From positions 616-64,615 of the forward strand of contig NZ_DALZMB010000008.1 of NCBI RefSeq assembly GCF_032007265.1: a stretch of DNA of 64,000 nucleotides, given 5' to 3'. Each line of letters begins with the position of its first letter. The first letter of the stretch is position 1. The position numbers and the translations under genes are program-made. Below, one piece after another: positions 47,130 to 56,141 of the stretch. The notes beneath the pieces were generated by a model, which made no database searches, was not told the DNA's origin, and saw only the letters and a program-made list of their open reading frames with translations. The DNA is from Paracoccus sp. (in: a-proteobacteria) (GTDB lineage Bacteria > Pseudomonadota > Alphaproteobacteria > Rhodobacterales > Rhodobacteraceae).

Positions 47130-48805
47130 TGAAGCTGGTTCTTTTCTTTGGGTTCATCGACAGGGAAATCGCCCATCATCTGTGGTCGCAGGCCAGCATT
47201 GCGCAGGCGCTGGAAAAAACGTCCGATCCCGGTCAGATCTCGCGCGGCAGGTGGCGCGCCGACAAGGGCGGGATCGCCGCCCAAAGCTTGCAGCACCGAT
47301 TGCAGCGCGCCAACGGGGCGGGCGGTAAAATCGGCCAGATCCCAGGTCTGCACGCGCGCCTTTAGCCAGACCGATTGCAATGTGGCGATCTGCTCGACTT
47401 CGGTGCGCTGCAAAACCGCGGCGATGCGGCGGATATTGTCGAAGGGCATCCCCGAGGTCAAAAGCGGCACCGCCCAAGCGCCCGTAATCACAAAAATACG
47501 GGCATTGGGATCGGTGGCCATGAACCAGTTCAGCTCGACGCGGTCGCGGGGGCTGTGCTGAAATACCTGCATCCGGTGCGAGACCCGGATCAGATTGGCC
47601 AAAAAGCCGCGCGGATCCAGATCGCGCATTGCTGCGCTATCGGCCAAGGCCCCCGGCCCAACCGTAGCGCGATCAGCGAATTCGACGCGATCCTCGGCCA
47701 GGATATGGCCATGCACATCCGCATCAAGACGTTTGCCAAGCCATCTTTCGAAATCCGGATAAAGATCGGTAAAGCCGTGCAGCACGCCATAGGCGGCGCT
47801 GGTTTTACCGTTTTCACGATCTTTCAGCGGATAGCGGCTTTGCATGTAAAGGCCCGCCCGCCCAAGGTCTCGCCGCGACACCGCGCGGTTGATCAGCCGG
47901 CCCAAACGTGCGGGCTGGGGCTCAGCAGCCGAGGGCCAGACCATCACCGGGCGCGGGAAATAGGCGTAAAGCCCGCTTGCACGTGGCCAGATCTTGCGCG
48001 CGACAAAACAGCCCGATTCCTCAAGCATCTGTCGATGGTCGTCATAAAAGATATAGGGCTTTCCCTGCCCGTCGAATTTGGCCAGCGTCAGCGAACGGCT
48101 TTCGATCCGCACCGAATGGCGACGTGCCAAGGTCTGGAAATAGCTTTCATCGGGCACCCAGACCTTGGAAAAATAGCGGTCAAATTCGGCCCGGCGCGGG
48201 TCCTCCAGAATGGCGGAAATCGTCTCTCGGGTCAGGCACCACCATTGCGATCCAAGGTGCGGGACCAGCCCGTCGGGGATCTTGCGGTGCAGCTTTAGCT
48301 TGCGCTGAAGTGCCACATATTTGTCAAACAGCAGCCGTTTTCGGCGAAACGAAAAAGGAAAGCGCAGGGTGAAACGCTCTTCGTTCAACCCGCCCACAGT
48401 CCAGCCGACATCTTCGGCGGTAACGCTTTCGATGAAATCACGTTTGGGATGGCGAGACAGAAAGGCCACCAGATCCGCCACCGGACGCAGCGGCAGACAA
48501 GACCCCGAAACCAGCATGACATGGGTGACATCGTCAAAGCGCTCCAGCAGCAGGCTGGCGGCGTCCTGAGTTGCCTCGACCAGCTCGAACATGCCCCATT
48601 CACAGGGCCTGCGGCGGCAAAAGACCACATCCGGCAGATCGGCAAGGTCAGAGTGCATTTTCTGGACATCGACCTCGGGGGCGCGCGCGTCGATATGCAC
48701 CGCAACCGCCGCACCGCCGTCAGCCCAGATCCGCACCATTCGGGCGGCCAGATGCAGTTCGTCGTGACACAAGATCACCACGCCCATCCTGACGCGCATG
48801 CTCAT
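47126..48805 (-). CDS. GT14-like (core-2/I-branching type) glycosyltransferase with a large C-terminal domain of unknown function
   Basis: Branch-domain hallmarks in order: VVILCHDE...AVAVHIDARAP, MLVSGSCLPLRP, GSQWWCLTRE, PDESYFQTL. About 290 further residues I cannot assign. ATG 48805 overlaps the upstream stop (ATGA). Confidence 0.7.
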   Translation of the reverse strand: MSMRVRMGVVILCHDELHLAARMVRIWADGGAAVAVHIDARAPEVDVQKMHSDLADLPDVVFCRRRPCEWGMFELVEATQDAASLLLERFDDVTHVMLVSGSCLPLRPVADLVAFLSRHPKRDFIESVTAEDVGWTVGGLNEERFTLRFPFSFRRKRLLFDKYVALQRKLKLHRKIPDGLVPHLGSQWWCLTRETISAILEDPRRAEFDRYFSKVWVPDESYFQTLARRHSVRIESRSLTLAKFDGQGKPYIFYDDHRQMLEESGCFVARKIWPRASGLYAYFPRPVMVWPSAAEPQPARLGRLINRAVSRRDLGRAGLYMQSRYPLKDRENGKTSAAYGVLHGFTDLYPDFERWLGKRLDADVHGHILAEDRVEFADRATVGPGALADSAAMRDLDPRGFLANLIRVSHRMQVFQHSPRDRVELNWFMATDPNARIFVITGAWAVPLLTSGMPFDNIRRIAAVLQRTEVEQIATLQSVWLKARVQTWDLADFTARPVGALQSVLQALGGDPALVGAPPAARDLTGIGRFFQRLRNAGLRPQMMGDFPVDEPKEKNQLQ

Positions 48806-49827
48806 GCCCAATTCCCTTTCGAGATCAGCCCCAGATCTTCCAACTGGCGCCAATCATGCAATTCCCGCGAATAGTCGCACCACAGATCGACATCCTCCTG
48901 CAGGCCCGACTGATAGGCGCGATATTCCTGACTATTGGCATAGTGCTGCCCGCGATCCAGCTCTTCGGCGGATTTTTCGACGAAAGTGGACAGGAACTTG
49001 GCGTGCAGCAAGCACCCCGAGGCCTTTTCGCCACCATGTTCATCGTAAACCAGGTTCAGCGACCTTGGCAAAAGCATGTGGGTCGAGCTGGCATAGGCAT
49101 AAGACTTTTCCCAGCGCACAAGCGGGATCTTGTTCAGCGCCGGACCCTTTTCCGGCTCATCGGGGAAAAACACCCGCGCGCGCGGACCGCCCTGAATCCA
49201 CAGATTGCCGAATTCGTTATTCTTGCGGATCGCATAATTGGCCGGATCGAACCAACGCGCGATCTCAAAAGGATCTTGCCCTTCTTTATAGGGCTGCGCG
49301 GCAATCGGCCCGCGCGGATACATATCCAGCAGCATCGATGAAAATGAACGGATGGCCGAGGCGTCCAGCCAATCGGTCAAGGCGCGCAGCGGACGGGTGT
49401 CGCAATGGGGATAGACCAGAAACTCATCGGGATCGACAGTCAGGCACCAATGCCCCGCGCCATAACGGCGCAGCAGCCAATTCAGCCAATCCATGCCAAA
49501 GCGCGATTCTTTGTAGCTGGCGGTGGTCAGCCACAGCGACACATCCGGCTGTGCCAGCATGAAATCCCGGCTGCCATCATCCGAGTTGTTGTCCACCACA
49601 AAGAAGTGCTGAACCCCCATTTTCCGGTAATATTCCAGAAAATACGGCAGCCGGACCCGTTCATTTCGCAAGGTTACGAAAAGCAGAATATTGCCGCGCC
49701 TGATCTTGGCGGTTTGATCCGACAAAACCCGCAACCGCCGCCGACGCCTGATCGCGCGCGCCAGCAACCACTGCCGCATCGTGCGCAAGCGGATTCTGCG
49801 TTTCAACTGCCTGATGATCTTCGACAA
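48802..49827 (-). CDS. Glycosyltransferase family 2-like (Glyco_tranf_2_4 type)
   Basis: ILLFVTLRNERVRLPYFLEYYRKMGVQHFFVVDNNSDDGS and the DxD-like TVDPDEF. Confidence 0.75.
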   Translation of the reverse strand: MSKIIRQLKRRIRLRTMRQWLLARAIRRRRRLRVLSDQTAKIRRGNILLFVTLRNERVRLPYFLEYYRKMGVQHFFVVDNNSDDGSRDFMLAQPDVSLWLTTASYKESRFGMDWLNWLLRRYGAGHWCLTVDPDEFLVYPHCDTRPLRALTDWLDASAIRSFSSMLLDMYPRGPIAAQPYKEGQDPFEIARWFDPANYAIRKNNEFGNLWIQGGPRARVFFPDEPEKGPALNKIPLVRWEKSYAYASSTHMLLPRSLNLVYDEHGGEKASGCLLHAKFLSTFVEKSAEELDRGQHYANSQEYRAYQSGLQEDVDLWCDYSRELHDWRQLEDLGLISKGNWA

Positions 49828-49856
49828 ACCGGCCCCTTCCCGAGCTTAGGAATAGA

Positions 49857-51086
49857 CTAAACCTGACGTTGCAGCAATGCGGCCTCGACCACGGCAAAGT
49901 GGCCGGGCCAATCGGGAACCTGCAAGGGCGGCAAACGTCTGGGGGGTGCATCGGCAAGGCGCAAGATCGCCTTGGCCCAAGCCGCCGCATCGTCGGGGTC
50001 CAGATACTCGGCCCCCTCTGCCAGCAGCTCTTGGGTAGAGGGAAGTGGAGTTGCCAGAACCGGGATACCACGTGCCGCGGCCTCGGTCAGCGGCAGACCA
50101 AAGCCTTCGGCGCGGCTTGGCATCAAAAGCGCCTGGCTTTGCATCATCAATGCAGCGACTGCCCCATCCTTCAGCCCCGAAAGCTCGTGGATGGGATCCG
50201 ATGGCGCGAGATTGTCCAGCCGTGCAAAAGTGTCGTGGTTTTCCCAGCCGCGCCGGCCAATGATGAACAATTGTGGCAGATCGGCGGCTGGTCTTTGTCG
50301 GGCCATGATCGCCCAAGCATCCAACAGCACAGCATGGTTCTTGCGCGGCTCGATGGTGCCAAGGCTGATGAAAAAGGGCCGATCCAGCGCGAGACCCGCG
50401 GGGATTTGCGAGGGGTCGGCTGCGCTTAGGCTGGTCCCGATCGGTGCAACGACAACCGGCACGCGGCGATGGATGGCCAAACGCTTGCGCCACAGCTTGA
50501 TCTGAACTGCGCTGGCTTGTGAAATCGTCACAATCAGATCCGACAATCCCGCCGCCTGCAAAAAGCGATCCCGGAATTTCTGGCTTTGGCCGCTCCGGGT
50601 AAATTCGGGGTAATCCAGCGGGATCACGTCATGGATCAACACGACCCTTTGTAAGGCCGACAGACCGGCAAAGACCTCATTGCGCCAATTCGAGTGGCCA
50701 AGGTTCAGATAGGCTGCCCCCTGCCCCAGACGGGCCTGCGCGATCTGGCCCAGCCGCTCGACGCGCCCGCGCGTGAAAGCGATCGCACGACTGCGAAGCT
50801 GTTGGGCGGCGCGATCAGCCAGCGACACTTTGCCAGTCAGTCGCGCCAAAAGGCCGGGCTGGGGCAGATCGCCAAGCTCACCCGCGCTCCAACGCAGAAT
50901 GTCGGCGCCGGCTTCGGCAGGCAAAAGCGCCTGCCCGCCCGCAACCCGGCATAACAGCAGATGCGGACGCGACTGAAGGTGCAAAAGCCATTCAAGTTCA
51001 ACGCGGTCGATCCCCGTCAGGGGACCTCCGCCTAGGCGTGAGACGAGGCGCGAGACATCCAGCAGGAACCCGCGCTCAGCGCTCAT
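49857..51086 (-). CDS. Glycosyltransferase family 4 (GT-B, Glycos_transf_1)
   Basis: E-x7-E region PSRAEGFGLPLTEAAARGIPVL. The start is ambiguous (ATG 51086, 51095 or 51116). I chose 51086 (MSAERGFLLDVSRL); every option overlaps the galE 3' end. Confidence 0.8.
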   Translation of the reverse strand: MSAERGFLLDVSRLVSRLGGGPLTGIDRVELEWLLHLQSRPHLLLCRVAGGQALLPAEAGADILRWSAGELGDLPQPGLLARLTGKVSLADRAAQQLRSRAIAFTRGRVERLGQIAQARLGQGAAYLNLGHSNWRNEVFAGLSALQRVVLIHDVIPLDYPEFTRSGQSQKFRDRFLQAAGLSDLIVTISQASAVQIKLWRKRLAIHRRVPVVVAPIGTSLSAADPSQIPAGLALDRPFFISLGTIEPRKNHAVLLDAWAIMARQRPAADLPQLFIIGRRGWENHDTFARLDNLAPSDPIHELSGLKDGAVAALMMQSQALLMPSRAEGFGLPLTEAAARGIPVLATPLPSTQELLAEGAEYLDPDDAAAWAKAILRLADAPPRRLPPLQVPDWPGHFAVVEAALLQRQV

Positions 51087-52071
51087 ATCCACCATTCTGG
51101 TGCCAGCGCCATGCATCGGTCACCATTTGATCCATGGTTGAACGACGCGGATCCCAACCCAGCAGCGTCATCGCCTTTTCACTTCCCGAGACCAGCTTGA
51201 CCGCATCGCCCGCGCGGCGCGGACCCTCGACGATCGGCACCGGACGGTTGGTGACGTGATGAGATTGGTTAATGACCTCGCGCACGGAAAAGCCATTGCC
51301 CGTGCCAAGGCAGAACACTTCGATGCCCGGTCCGACTTTTCCAGCCTGCAAATGCTTCAGCCCAAGGACATGCGCATCGACCAGATCCATGACATGGACA
51401 TAGTCGCGGATACATGTGCCATCGGGCGTCGGGTAATCCGTGCCGAAAATCGTCAACTCGCCGCGCTTGCCGTCAACTGCGTCAAGAATAAGCGGGATCA
51501 GATGGGTTTCGGGCTGATGGAATTCGCCAACCTCGCCCTCGGGATCAGCGCCCGCAACGTTGAAGTAGCGAAACACCACCGAACGCAGGCCATCCGAGGC
51601 ACCGAAATCCTTGAGCATATCCTCGATGGCGCGCTTAGAGGCACCATAGGCGTTCAAGGGCGTCTGGGCCGTATTTTCATCCAGCACAACGCCATCATGA
51701 TCGCCATAAGTCGCGCAGGTCGAGGAAAAGACGAAATCGCGGATCCCTGCCGCGATCACGGCCTCGATCAGCACCAGCGAGGCCGAGACGTTGCCGCGCC
51801 AGTATTTGCCCGGCTCGCGCATGGCTTCGCCAACCTGGCTAAGCGCGGCGAAATGCATCACGGCAACGGGGCGATGCTTGGCCAAAACTTCGTCCAGTCG
51901 TGCGCGATCACTTAGATCGCCCTGCTCGAACGGGCCGAATTTGACCGCATCCTGCCAGCCTGTGCATAGGTTATCATAAGTGACGGGCTCAAAGCCCGCC
52001 GCTTTCAATGCTTTACAAGCGTGCGAGCCGATATAGCCCGCGCCACCCGTGACCAAAACCCGGTCTGCCAT
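51076..52071 (-). CDS. galE: UDP-glucose 4-epimerase
   Basis: VLVTGGAGYIGSH Rossmann motif and the YGASK catalytic motif. Confidence 0.93.
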   Translation of the reverse strand: MADRVLVTGGAGYIGSHACKALKAAGFEPVTYDNLCTGWQDAVKFGPFEQGDLSDRARLDEVLAKHRPVAVMHFAALSQVGEAMREPGKYWRGNVSASLVLIEAVIAAGIRDFVFSSTCATYGDHDGVVLDENTAQTPLNAYGASKRAIEDMLKDFGASDGLRSVVFRYFNVAGADPEGEVGEFHQPETHLIPLILDAVDGKRGELTIFGTDYPTPDGTCIRDYVHVMDLVDAHVLGLKHLQAGKVGPGIEVFCLGTGNGFSVREVINQSHHVTNRPVPIVEGPRRAGDAVKLVSGSEKAMTLLGWDPRRSTMDQMVTDAWRWHQNGGYER

Positions 52072-52083
52072 GTGTCGAAACCC

Positions 52084-52974
52084 TTACTCTGCCGCTTTGC
52101 GGATCGCAGCCAGATCGTTCAGGTAATCACCGAACTCGTCTTTCAGCTCATCGCGCGCCAGACCAAAGGCCACCGTCGCCTGCAAGAAGCCCGCCTTCGA
52201 GCCGCAATCGAAACGCTGGCCACGGAAGCGCAGGCCAAAGACATCGCGCCCCTCTTCAATCTCGTCAGCGATTGCGTCGGTCAGCTGGATTTCACCACCC
52301 GAGCCCTGACGCAGCTTGTTCAGGTTCTGCATCACGGTGGGCGCAAGGATATAGCGGCCGATCACAGCAAGGTTCGAGGGCGGGTTTGACTGCGGCTTTT
52401 CAACCATGCCTTTGGCGCGCACGATAGCGCCCATATCTTCGGCGATGTCGAGAACGCCATAGGATTTGGTCTTTTCAAGAGCCACTTCCATGGTCGCAAC
52501 CATGCTACCGCCGGTCTCATTATAGGCTTCGATCATTTGCTGCAGGCAGGGCGGCTCGCCCATGATCACGTCATCGGTCAGGATCACGGCAAAAGGCTCG
52601 TCGGCGACAAGGCGACGCGCGCACCAGACGGCATGACCCAACCCCAGCGCCTTGTGCTGGCGGATATAGGCAATCGCGCCCGATTCCATATTGGTCGAGC
52701 GCAGGGTCTCCAGCAGATCGGTCTTGCCAGCTTTCTTGAGGTTGGATTCCAGCTCGTGGGCGTGGTCGAAATAATCTTCCAGCGCACCCTTGCCGCGCGA
52801 GGTCACGAAGATGAATTCAGTGATGCCAGCGGCGCGGGCCTCGTCGATCGCATATTGGATCAGCGGGCGGTCAACCAAAGTCATAATTTCTTTCGGGATA
52901 CTTTTCGTTGCCGGCAGAAAACGAGTGCCCAGCCCTGCGACCGGGAAAATAGCCTTGGTGACCTTACGCGTCAT
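52084..52974 (-). CDS. galU: UTP--glucose-1-phosphate uridylyltransferase
   Basis: AIFPVAGLGTRFLPATKSIPKEIM N-terminal signature. AGGAG SD. Confidence 0.93.
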   Translation of the reverse strand: MTRKVTKAIFPVAGLGTRFLPATKSIPKEIMTLVDRPLIQYAIDEARAAGITEFIFVTSRGKGALEDYFDHAHELESNLKKAGKTDLLETLRSTNMESGAIAYIRQHKALGLGHAVWCARRLVADEPFAVILTDDVIMGEPPCLQQMIEAYNETGGSMVATMEVALEKTKSYGVLDIAEDMGAIVRAKGMVEKPQSNPPSNLAVIGRYILAPTVMQNLNKLRQGSGGEIQLTDAIADEIEEGRDVFGLRFRGQRFDCGSKAGFLQATVAFGLARDELKDEFGDYLNDLAAIRKAAE

Positions 52975-53111
52975 AATCTCACTCCTGCGCCCTATCGCCT
53001 GACTGCAATAGAGTTAATTTTTTCGTGCTTTATCACTGAACATTACGTCATGTCAGTGAAGAGTTATCGTATCTGTACATATTCCTGATCTGTCTGAAAA
53101 TCAGGTCAAAG

Positions 53112-54416
53112 TTAATCCGCAATATCTTTTCGGCAGAATGCCGCATGAATAGGCATATTCCATCGCCGAGTGCCAGCCAGATTGGCCTGCTCCGACCCAA
53201 TATGTCGATGCTTTAAATCGTTAAAAACGCCGGATTTTTGCTCCCACCAGCCACCCTCGGCCAGTTTCAGCCGTGCAGGCAAGCGCGAGGGGGTCCAAAG
53301 CGCCAAATAGGTGATTCGCCCCTCGGCCACCGCCTGTGCCGCCTGACGACGCAGGCGGGCAGCCTGCCAATGCCATCCCGACAAATAGCAATGCGGTTGA
53401 TCGTCCGGTCCCGCCGCTTTCGGGTCTAGCCAGGCCAACAGCGGGGACTGGCTGGGTGCGATGGGCTCAGATGGCGGATCGGGCAGATCCGTTTCAAGAC
53501 CCTGATCAATGCCGCGCTTGAGCCCCGCCAGCAAAGGCCCGACCCGAAACGGGTCAAGTCGCCCCGACACCATCAGCCGCAACAATCGCTTGCGCTGAGA
53601 TACAATCAGCCCCGCCGTGGCATCCGCAAGCAAAGCGGGATTGCCGTGGCGTCTGGCAAAGATCGCGGCCGAGCGACCAACCTGCGTCAGATCAGATGGC
53701 ACACCCGACTGCGCGCGAACCGGGCCTGCCGCTGCGCCGTGGATCACTTCGGCCTGCGGCACGATCGCGGTCAGTCCATCGGGAAAATGCTGCGCAAGAC
53801 GCATATTCACGTCGCTTTCATCCAGATGATAGCGAAAGGCCGGATCAAAGCCGCCGATCTGGCGCAACGAGGCGCTGCGAAAGGCACAATTGGTGCCAAT
53901 CGTGCTGACCGGAGCGCCGTCTTTTGCGGGGCATTTATAAATGCCCGTGTCCGAATTCAGCCCGGTCGCCACACCCTCGACCGGGATAGTCGTGCCCGCC
54001 GCCGTGATACGCTCGGCCCGCGCCTGCCAGCCAAAGCCGTCTGGACCCCGGGTATAGCCCGTTGCGGCGATGACCTGTGGATCGCTGAATGGTGCTGAAA
54101 TCCTCTCGGCCCAGCCCGGCAGGGCCAGCGCGTCATCATCGATGAAAGCGATGACCTCGCCGGATGCGACGGCGATGCCGGCGTTCCGCGCCGCCGAAAT
54201 ATTGGCCTCGTCAAAGGGAACGCGCTTGATCGCCAGGTCAGGACGCAGATCCAGCGAGGCCGGATCTGTAACAAGAATGATTTCCGTTCGGGCACGCCGT
54301 TGGGCGGCCAGGGCCATCAGGCAAAAGCCCAGATGGCCGCGGCGCAGGCGCGACACGACGATAATGCTTAACGAAATCGGGCCCGCGCCTTGGGCAGATG
54401 CCCCGCTATCGGTCAA
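53112..54416 (-). CDS. Glycosyltransferase family 2 with an unassigned C-terminal half
   Basis: GT-A features ISLSIIVVSRLR, ARNAGIAVASGEVIAFIDDD and NCAFR. The track ORF's upstream part overlaps kdsB. I place the start at TTG 54416, which overlaps the kdsB stop (TTGA). There is no in-frame ATG between that point and the GT-A core. Confidence 0.7.
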   Translation of the reverse strand: MTDSGASAQGAGPISLSIIVVSRLRRGHLGFCLMALAAQRRARTEIILVTDPASLDLRPDLAIKRVPFDEANISAARNAGIAVASGEVIAFIDDDALALPGWAERISAPFSDPQVIAATGYTRGPDGFGWQARAERITAAGTTIPVEGVATGLNSDTGIYKCPAKDGAPVSTIGTNCAFRSASLRQIGGFDPAFRYHLDESDVNMRLAQHFPDGLTAIVPQAEVIHGAAAGPVRAQSGVPSDLTQVGRSAAIFARRHGNPALLADATAGLIVSQRKRLLRLMVSGRLDPFRVGPLLAGLKRGIDQGLETDLPDPPSEPIAPSQSPLLAWLDPKAAGPDDQPHCYLSGWHWQAARLRRQAAQAVAEGRITYLALWTPSRLPARLKLAEGGWWEQKSGVFNDLKHRHIGSEQANLAGTRRWNMPIHAAFCRKDIAD

Positions 54417-55213
54417 TCCGCCCCCATACGCAGCATCATCTCTTCGATTTTGGCGACATCCGAGGGGTTGTTCAGCTCCCAAAACTCGCGGCCGCGAGCT
54501 TCGACCTCGACGCAAAGCACCTTACGGCCCCGTTCCAGAAAACGCAGCTGCTCTAGCCCTTCAAGAACCTCGGTGCGGCCCTCGCCCCAGCCCGGATATT
54601 CTGCCAATGCAGCGGGACGATAAGCATAGACGCCGACATGGTGAAAAACCGGCGTTGGCGCATCGGCAGCAAAATCGCCCGCTGCAAAGGGGATCACCTC
54701 TTTCGAGAAATACATCCCGCGCATGTCATGGCCAAAGACTGCCGTCGTGCCGCCAACCCGCCCAGCCGTGCGATCCGCAATCAGATCGGCGCGCATCTGA
54801 CCGTTGCAGCGCAGCACGGGCGTGGCCAGGTCGGCCGAAGCATCGCCTCGCAAGCCCTGGACCAGATCCTCGACGAACCAGGCAGGCGTCAAAGGGGCGT
54901 CGCCCTGCAGGTTCACCACAATCTCGGGGTTGATGCCCAGATTGCTGATGGCTTCGGCGCAACGCTCGGTGCCATTGCGTGCCTCGGGCGAGGTCATCAC
55001 GACCTCGGCGCCAAATGCCTCGGCATGATCGCGAATGCGCGCGTCATCGGTCGCGACCAGAACCCGGTCAATGCCCGAGACCGACTTGGCCGCCTGCCAG
55101 CTGCGACGGATCAGGCTAAGGGCCTGCCCCGAGGCGCCTTTCAGCTCGACCAAGGGCTTGCCCGGATAGCGCGAGGATTGATAGCGCGCTGGAATGACAA
55201 TCACGACCGACAT
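54413..55213 (-). CDS. kdsB: 3-deoxy-manno-octulosonate cytidylyltransferase (CMP-Kdo synthetase)
   Basis: VVIVIPARYQSSRYPGKPL N-terminal signature, then ATDD, NLQGDAP. Confidence 0.9.
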   Translation of the reverse strand: MSVVIVIPARYQSSRYPGKPLVELKGASGQALSLIRRSWQAAKSVSGIDRVLVATDDARIRDHAEAFGAEVVMTSPEARNGTERCAEAISNLGINPEIVVNLQGDAPLTPAWFVEDLVQGLRGDASADLATPVLRCNGQMRADLIADRTAGRVGGTTAVFGHDMRGMYFSKEVIPFAAGDFAADAPTPVFHHVGVYAYRPAALAEYPGWGEGRTEVLEGLEQLRFLERGRKVLCVEVEARGREFWELNNPSDVAKIEEMMLRMGAD

Positions 55214-55216
55214 GAC

Positions 55217-56014
55217 TTAGCCCTTCACCAGCAAGACACCCGGGGTGAAGGCAATGAAAAACGGATTTTCAAAGCCCGGCTTGCCATAAAGCAAAGGCGT
55301 GTGATCATCGAAACGCACGACCTTGCCGCCCGCCCCGCGCAAGACCGCATCGCCCGCTGCCGTATCCCATTCCATGGTCCGGCCCAGACGGGGGTAAAGA
55401 TCCGCCTCGCCCGTCGCGACCAGACAGAACTTCAGCGACGATCCGGCCGAGGTCATGTCCTTGACGCCATAGCGCCCGATATAGTCGTCAGTCGCGGCAT
55501 CGCGATGGGATTTCGAAGCCACCACCATCAGCGCGCGATTGTCGGGCGTTGTGTTCACGCCAATCGGGTGGGTCTGCCCCGGGGTCGGACCAAAGGGGCC
55601 AACCTCTTCGACGGCGCCACCATCGGCCAAAGTATAGAACAGGCGCCCCTTGGCCGGGGCATAAACCACGCCCAGAACCGGGATGCCATCACGGACATAA
55701 GCGATATTGACCGTGAAATCGCCACGGCGCTGCACGAATTCCTTGGTCCCGTCCAGCGGGTCAACGATCAGGAAAGTGCTGACATTTTGACCATGGGTCG
55801 CGGCCTGCTCTTCGGTTACCAGCGGAATATCGGGAAATGCAGCACGCAAACCGGCAGAGATCAGCGCATCGGCGGCCTCATCTGCCTCGGTGACCGGAGA
55901 GGAATCGGATTTTGCGCGTACGTCGAAATCTTCTGCGCCGTAGATCTGCATGATCTTTTCGCCTGCCAGCAGGGCAAGACGCCGGAATTCGGCAACCATC
56001 GGTTCAAATTGCAT
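55217..56014 (-). CDS. cysQ: 3'(2'),5'-bisphosphate nucleotidase (PAP phosphatase)
   Basis: Inositol-monophosphatase fold motifs SPVTEADE, FLIVDPLDGTKEF and EWDTAAGDAVL. Confidence 0.85.
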   Translation of the reverse strand: MQFEPMVAEFRRLALLAGEKIMQIYGAEDFDVRAKSDSSPVTEADEAADALISAGLRAAFPDIPLVTEEQAATHGQNVSTFLIVDPLDGTKEFVQRRGDFTVNIAYVRDGIPVLGVVYAPAKGRLFYTLADGGAVEEVGPFGPTPGQTHPIGVNTTPDNRALMVVASKSHRDAATDDYIGRYGVKDMTSAGSSLKFCLVATGEADLYPRLGRTMEWDTAAGDAVLRGAGGKVVRFDDHTPLLYGKPGFENPFFIAFTPGVLLVKG

Positions 56015-56141
56015 TCATTTTCCTTTCCTGCCGCAGGCATAATCGCCCACACCAGATTGAACCCGCGTTTCATGTCACTTATGGTCCGAGGAACTGCTTT
56101 CGGCAAGCGCCGGGCACCCGAAGGGACACTGGGCGCAGCAC

